From contig CM068771.1 of NCBI GenBank assembly GCA_035084275.1, forward strand, positions 3,906,001-3,970,000: DNA of 64,000 bases. The letters run 5' to 3'. The DNA is from Hydrolagus colliei. Taxonomy: Eukaryota. The notes beneath the pieces are model-generated. The model worked only from the letters and a program-made list of their open reading frames with translations, was not told the DNA's origin and ran no database searches. The position numbers and the translations under genes were made by a program. Within the stretch, counting starts at the first letter, position 1, and every line of letters starts with the position of its first letter. This document shows positions 59,812 through 64,000 of this stretch, one piece after another.

Positions 59812-60090
59812 AGCCTGTGGCCCAGCCTGTGGTGATGGTAACCACTAACTGCTCTGTGCCAGTGGCCACTCTGACCTGCTCTGTTCCCAATGGTACAGAC
59901 CCACTGTTTCACTGGGAGAGAGTCTCCGTGTCTGCTGGAAACCCAGTCGTCTGCAATGGAACCACTTTACATCTGACCAAAGTCGCGGCACAGGAGAGAG
60001 ACAGCTACACGTGTGTGGCTCACAATCTGGTTAGCCAGGCAGTCAGCGAGCCAGTCACTGCAGATCTGTGCCCTAACAACAGCTCACCAG
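59812..60090 (+). CDS. CD2/SLAM-like gene IgC2 exon
   Basis: tgtgtttcAG acceptor, G|GTgaga donor, 279 nt; EPVAQP, LTCSV, FHW, YTCVAHNLVS. Confidence 0.85.
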
Positions 60091-60141
60091 GTGAGACAGA
60101 GAGAGATAACAATCCTACACTGACACAACCTGATATTCAGT

Positions 60142-60644
60142 GAGCAATGAAGAGAGGTTGAGAAATCGGGTTGGTGTTAACAAAGGTGTGGGATTGGGAT
60201 GGAGGCGGGCTGTTAGAATTAAACTTCAACCATAGCTTTTTTGTTTGTGGGTTCCACACTCTTCACCATTCTCTATGTAAACAACCCATTTAGATCTGCT
60301 ACTGCCTACTTTATATTTCTGTCCTATCAATGTAGACTTGGCAACAATTCCCATCTCAACATCTCTTAGTCGTCTTGTGCTTTGTAATGTTTTGCTGTGT
60401 TTCTCCTCTTTCAGTCCTGCTCTGTTTACGACTGGGCAGCCCGGCTGTGTGGGCGACCCGGGACACTGTCACTAACCTCTCTGTTGGGCAAGATGTTGAG
60501 TTCCCTGTATCTCACAACATGAAATACGAAGTGACACTTTACCATTTTCTGCAATGGAACCACTTTACATCTGACCAAAGTCGCGGCACAGGAGAGAGAC
60601 AGCTACATGTGTGTGGCTCACAATCTGGTCAGCCAGGCAGCCAG
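60142..60644 (+). pseudogene. Local duplication with internal deletion: copy of 58291-58693 fused to a copy of 59950-60044
   Basis: 403-bp near-identical copy (intron plus IgV start) followed by tttt and an out-of-frame C2 segment. Confidence 0.9.
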
Positions 60645-60828
60645 GTTGACAATCCCCAAAATGATTCACTATTTGTGTCACATTGTTATATTCAAACTAC
60701 TGTCACCCACAAAAAATACTGCTATTTACCAGTGACGCGCTTTGAGATGTCCTTTGTCTGAAAGGTTGTATATCGAATAGCTTATTGTTTTATTGTTATT
60801 ATTTAATAACATTTCCACTCATTTTCAG

Positions 60829-60911
60829 ATGGAAGACATCACTGGGTTATTTTTGGACTGCTATTGTTGCTGCTTGTGCTACTTTATGTTGCTATGAAGT
60901 ACAAGGCATGA
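60829..60911 (+). CDS. CD2/SLAM-like gene TM exon with short tail (DGRHHWVIFGLLLLLLVLLYVAMKYKA*)
   Basis: cattttcAG acceptor, phase 1; TGA at 60909-60911; model 28+366+279+83=756 nt (251 aa). Confidence 0.75.
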
Positions 60912-61042
60912 AACGGGTAAGGTCAGCTTTTCAGTTTGTTGACAAACCAAGAATAAAACCATGTTAATTTCTCATGATATGTGGGTGTGTGGATCCATGG
61001 GAGGTAGACAGCCAGTACTGTACTGTCCTGGCCCGACCCAAC

Positions 61043-61600
61043 AACAACAACTTTGATTTATATAGCACCCTCCATGCCGGACAGTGTCTCAGAGTGCTTC
61101 ACAGTAACAGATCCCGGGACCGAGCCAGGAGGGCAGGGGTACCAAGGCTGTGGTCAATGAGAAACGTCTTTAGCTGTGACCTGAAACTGGGAAGAGAGGG
61201 GGCGAGGAGAAGGGAGTGAGGAACAGAGTTCCAGAGTCTTGAGGTGTAGTGGCTGAAGGCACAGATGCCAAGGGTGGAGCGGAGAATTCGGGAGACACGG
61301 AGGAGGCCAGACATGGTGGAGCGAAGGCAGCACGTGCTATTTTGGGGAGAGAGGTCAGACAAGTAGGGGGTTGCAGAGGAGTGGAGGGATTTAAAAACAA
61401 GGGTAAGGATCATGAAGTCGATCCTCACAGTGAAGTCTAGCAAGGACTGGGGTAATGGGGGAGCGAAGTTTGGTGCGGGTGAGAACGCGGCAAAGTTTTT
61501 GAATCAGCTGGATTTTGTGGATTGTCGTGGAGGGGAGACCGGCGAGGAAGACGTTGCAATAATCCAGCTGAGAGATGGCAAAGGGATGGACCTAGGGACC
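61043..61600 (-). mobile_element. L2 (subfamily B) 3-prime fragment
   Basis: RIDFMILTLVFKSLHS; reverse-complement (GTT)n tail. Confidence 0.8.
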
Positions 61601-61819
61601 CACCTCACCCAACCATTGGCAGGTGTTCCTTCAGCTACTCTGCCCCCAACCTCTAGAACTCCATCCCGCAGATCCTCCACCTCTCCCCCTCCTTTGCCTC
61701 CTTCAAGTCCCGCCTCAAGACCCTCCTCTTCAACGGCCCCATTGGCCACTCCAAATCCCTCCATTTCCCTCCACCCTCCCTGTCTCCAGCTCGGGTCTGA
61801 AACAGTGTCTTGTGACTTC

Positions 61820-62642
61820 CTCCGCACATCGGGCGCTGCCAGCCTCAACATCCAAGGCTGTACTCTCCAACTCACAAAGCCAGTCAGGAACCTCGGCATC
61901 ACGTTCGACCATAAACTCTCCTTCCTCCTCCACATCTGTGCCTTGACCGTCACCACTTTTTCCACCTGCGCAACATTGCCAGGCTCCGCAACTATCTCAC
62001 CCCCCACGCTGCCGAAACACTCATGCATGCGTACATCACCTCATGGCTGGACTGCGGAAACTCTCTCCTTGTCGGCCTCCCCAGCTCCTCCATTCACAGG
62101 CTGTAGGTCATCCAAAACTCTGCAGCCCGTGTACTATCCCGCACCCGCCTCTGCGACCACATAACCCCCACCCTCGCCCGTCTCCACTGGCTCCCCGTCC
62201 TCCAGAGGATCAAGTTCAAGATCTTCATCCTCACCTTCAAGGCCTTACACGGCCTTGCCCCGCCCTATTTAACCGATCTACTCTCCCCCTACACGCCCAC
62301 CCGGACCCTCCGTTCAGCAGGACTTGGCCTGCTCCAAGCCCCCCGCCCAAACCGCCCCACCATCGGAGGCCGGGCCTTCAGTTTCTCCGCTCCCACCCTA
62401 TGGAATTCCATCCCCCAATCCCTCCGCCTCATTTCTTCCCTTTCCTCTTTCAAGGCCGGTCTGAAGACTTTCTTCTTCGATCGTGCCTTTTGTTCCCCCC
62501 AGAATTTTTCGACTTCCCCTACGTGTTTCACCCCTTCCCAAACACTCCCCTCCCAGCTCGGGTCACACGCCTCCTGTGCAGCGCCTTGGGACGTCCTCCC
62601 GACGTGAAAGGCGCTTTATAAGTTTAAGTTGTTGTTGTTGTT
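61820..62642 (+). mobile_element. L2 (subfamily A) 3-prime fragment
   Basis: Close to 5245-5985 and 55245-55645; tail gcgccttgggacgtcctcccgacgtgaaaggcgc(GTT)n. Confidence 0.9.
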
Positions 62643-63132
62643 CCTGATGTGAAAGGTGCTATACAAGAGTAATTTTGTTGTTGTTGCATTGACATCCTTG
62701 TGATGCCCAATTGTCAGAGCGTCATCATCTTTGATTGGCCAATGGAGCTAGCATAGAGGCTTCTCCTGTACTAAAGGGGATGAGCACTCAGCCCCCCCAC
62801 CCCAACCCCCGAATATTCTCACCCACTGCCTATTTTTGTTTCAGTGACACACAGGAACCTGGTAACACTGCAGTTGGTAACACTGCAGTGGGGACGATTC
62901 TTAATACCTTGGTTTCTGTTTGTCTCCTTCAGCAGGAAGATTCTGTCAGCAACATCTCCAACCAACATCCAGAACTAGAGCAACCGTTAATGGAGTGTAA
63001 TGGTAATGTTTGTGTATAGCATTATTGTGAAACTGACATTGGAGTTGAGAAGCTGCTTTCAGGATGGGCTGGGGGCTGAATGGCCTCTGAGTCACTCCAT
63101 CAGGTTACAACACTTCATTTATATTGCACTTT

Positions 63133-63895
63133 AAGAGAGGAGAGAGAGAGAGGAGATATAGAGATGAAGGGGGGATAGAGGGAGAGAGGAGTGGAGGTAG
63201 AGAGAAAGAGAAGAGGGGGGGTAGAGAGAAAGAGAGGAGGGGGGGTAGAGAAAAAGAGAGGAGGGGGGGTAGAGAAAAAGAGAGGGGGTGGGGGTAGAGA
63301 AAAAGAGAGGGGGGGGGGTAGAGAAAAAGAGAGGGGGGGGGTAGAGAAAAAGAGAGGGGGGGGGTAGAGAAAAAGAGAGGGGGGGGGGGTAGAAAGAAAG
63401 AGAGGAGGGGGGGGTAGAGAGATAGAGAGGAGGGGGAGGGGGTGCGTAGAGAGAAAGAAAGGAGGGTGGGGTAGAGAGATAGAGAGAGAGAGAGGAGTGG
63501 GGGTAGAGAGAAAGAGAGGAAGGAGGTAGAGAGAAAGAGAGGAGAGGAGTAGAGAGAAAGAGAGGAGGGGAGGTAGAGAAAAAGAGAGGAGGGGGTAGAG
63601 AGAAAGAGAGAAGGGGGTGGGTAGAGTGAAAGAGAGGAGGGTGGGGTAGAGAGAAAGCGAAGAGGGGGTAGAGAGAAAGAGGAAGGGGGTAGAGAGAAAG
63701 AGGAAGGGGGTAGAGAGAAAGAGGAGGGGGTAGAGAGAGGGGAAGAAAAGAGAGGGAGGGGGAGATAGAGAGATAGAGATGAGGTGGGGATAGAGAGAGT
63801 GGGTGGGGGGGATAGAGAGAAAGAGAGGAGGGGGGATAGAGAGAAAGAGAGGAGGGGGGATAGAGAGAAAGAGAGGAGGGGGAGGAAGAAAGAAG
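63133..63895. repeat. Polypurine minisatellite (agagaaaaagagagggggggt-like units)
   Basis: Directly visible. Confidence 0.95.
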
Positions 63896-63904
63896 TGTGT
63901 CATG

Positions 63905-64000
63905 TGTCTGGAATGCTGGTGCCCAGGTTGGGATATTTCAGTGTGGTGACTGTGCAGACCTGGCCTGGAGCAGTAGGATCGGGGTTTTTATTCCTGCAAT
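63905..64000 (+). mobile_element. Partial copy of the MER46-like MITE seen at 25390-25621
   Basis: gcccaggttgggatatttcagtgtggtgactgtgcagacctggcctggagcag.taggatcggggtttttatt shared. Confidence 0.7.

Noticed and set aside
63115-63903. 262-aa Pro/Leu/Phe/Ser ORF
   Set aside because: Reverse complement of the polypurine minisatellite

Overview
This is eukaryotic, repeat-rich vertebrate DNA. The CR1 and L2 LINEs, a tRNA-headed Deu-domain SINE and GPR139-like receptors point to a cartilaginous fish (inference, not proven). There are no prokaryotic features, CRISPR arrays or true rRNA/tRNA genes. Gene models were built by hand from splice sites and reading phase. (1) Two tandem two-exon class A GPCRs of the GPR139/GPR142-like type lie on +. 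The first lacks exon 1 in the window; the second is complete (7150-7210 + 13373-14277, 321 aa). An orphan third promoter copy sits at about 17.5-18.0 kb. (2) Two tandem butyrophilin-like genes lie on - (leader, IgV, IgC, TM, 18-nt exon, 27-nt exon, B30.2). BTN-A (31186->19537, 465 aa) is intact. BTN-B (50441->37931) has a 22-bp microhomology-flanked deletion that frameshifts its B30.2 exon after the PRY half. (3) A CD2/SLAM-family-like gene lies on + (57143-60911, 251 aa, 5-residue tail). Around it are an inverted paralogous IgV exon, a dead C2 exon and a duplicated V/C2 chimeric pseudo-exon. A young CR1 with an intact 928-aa ORF2 is nested in an older CR1 inside the GPCR intron. Several small DNA transposons (Sola-like, Tigger/Tc2-like, hAT-like, a 77-bp MITE), fold-back palindromes and G/purine-rich minisatellites are also present. 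I see no wholly new molecular system. The best candidate for undescribed biology is the rapidly rearranging immune-receptor cluster itself, especially the intact plus SPRY-less butyrophilin pair next to a tail-less CD2/SLAM-like receptor. Repeat boundaries are approximate unless termini or TSDs are quoted.
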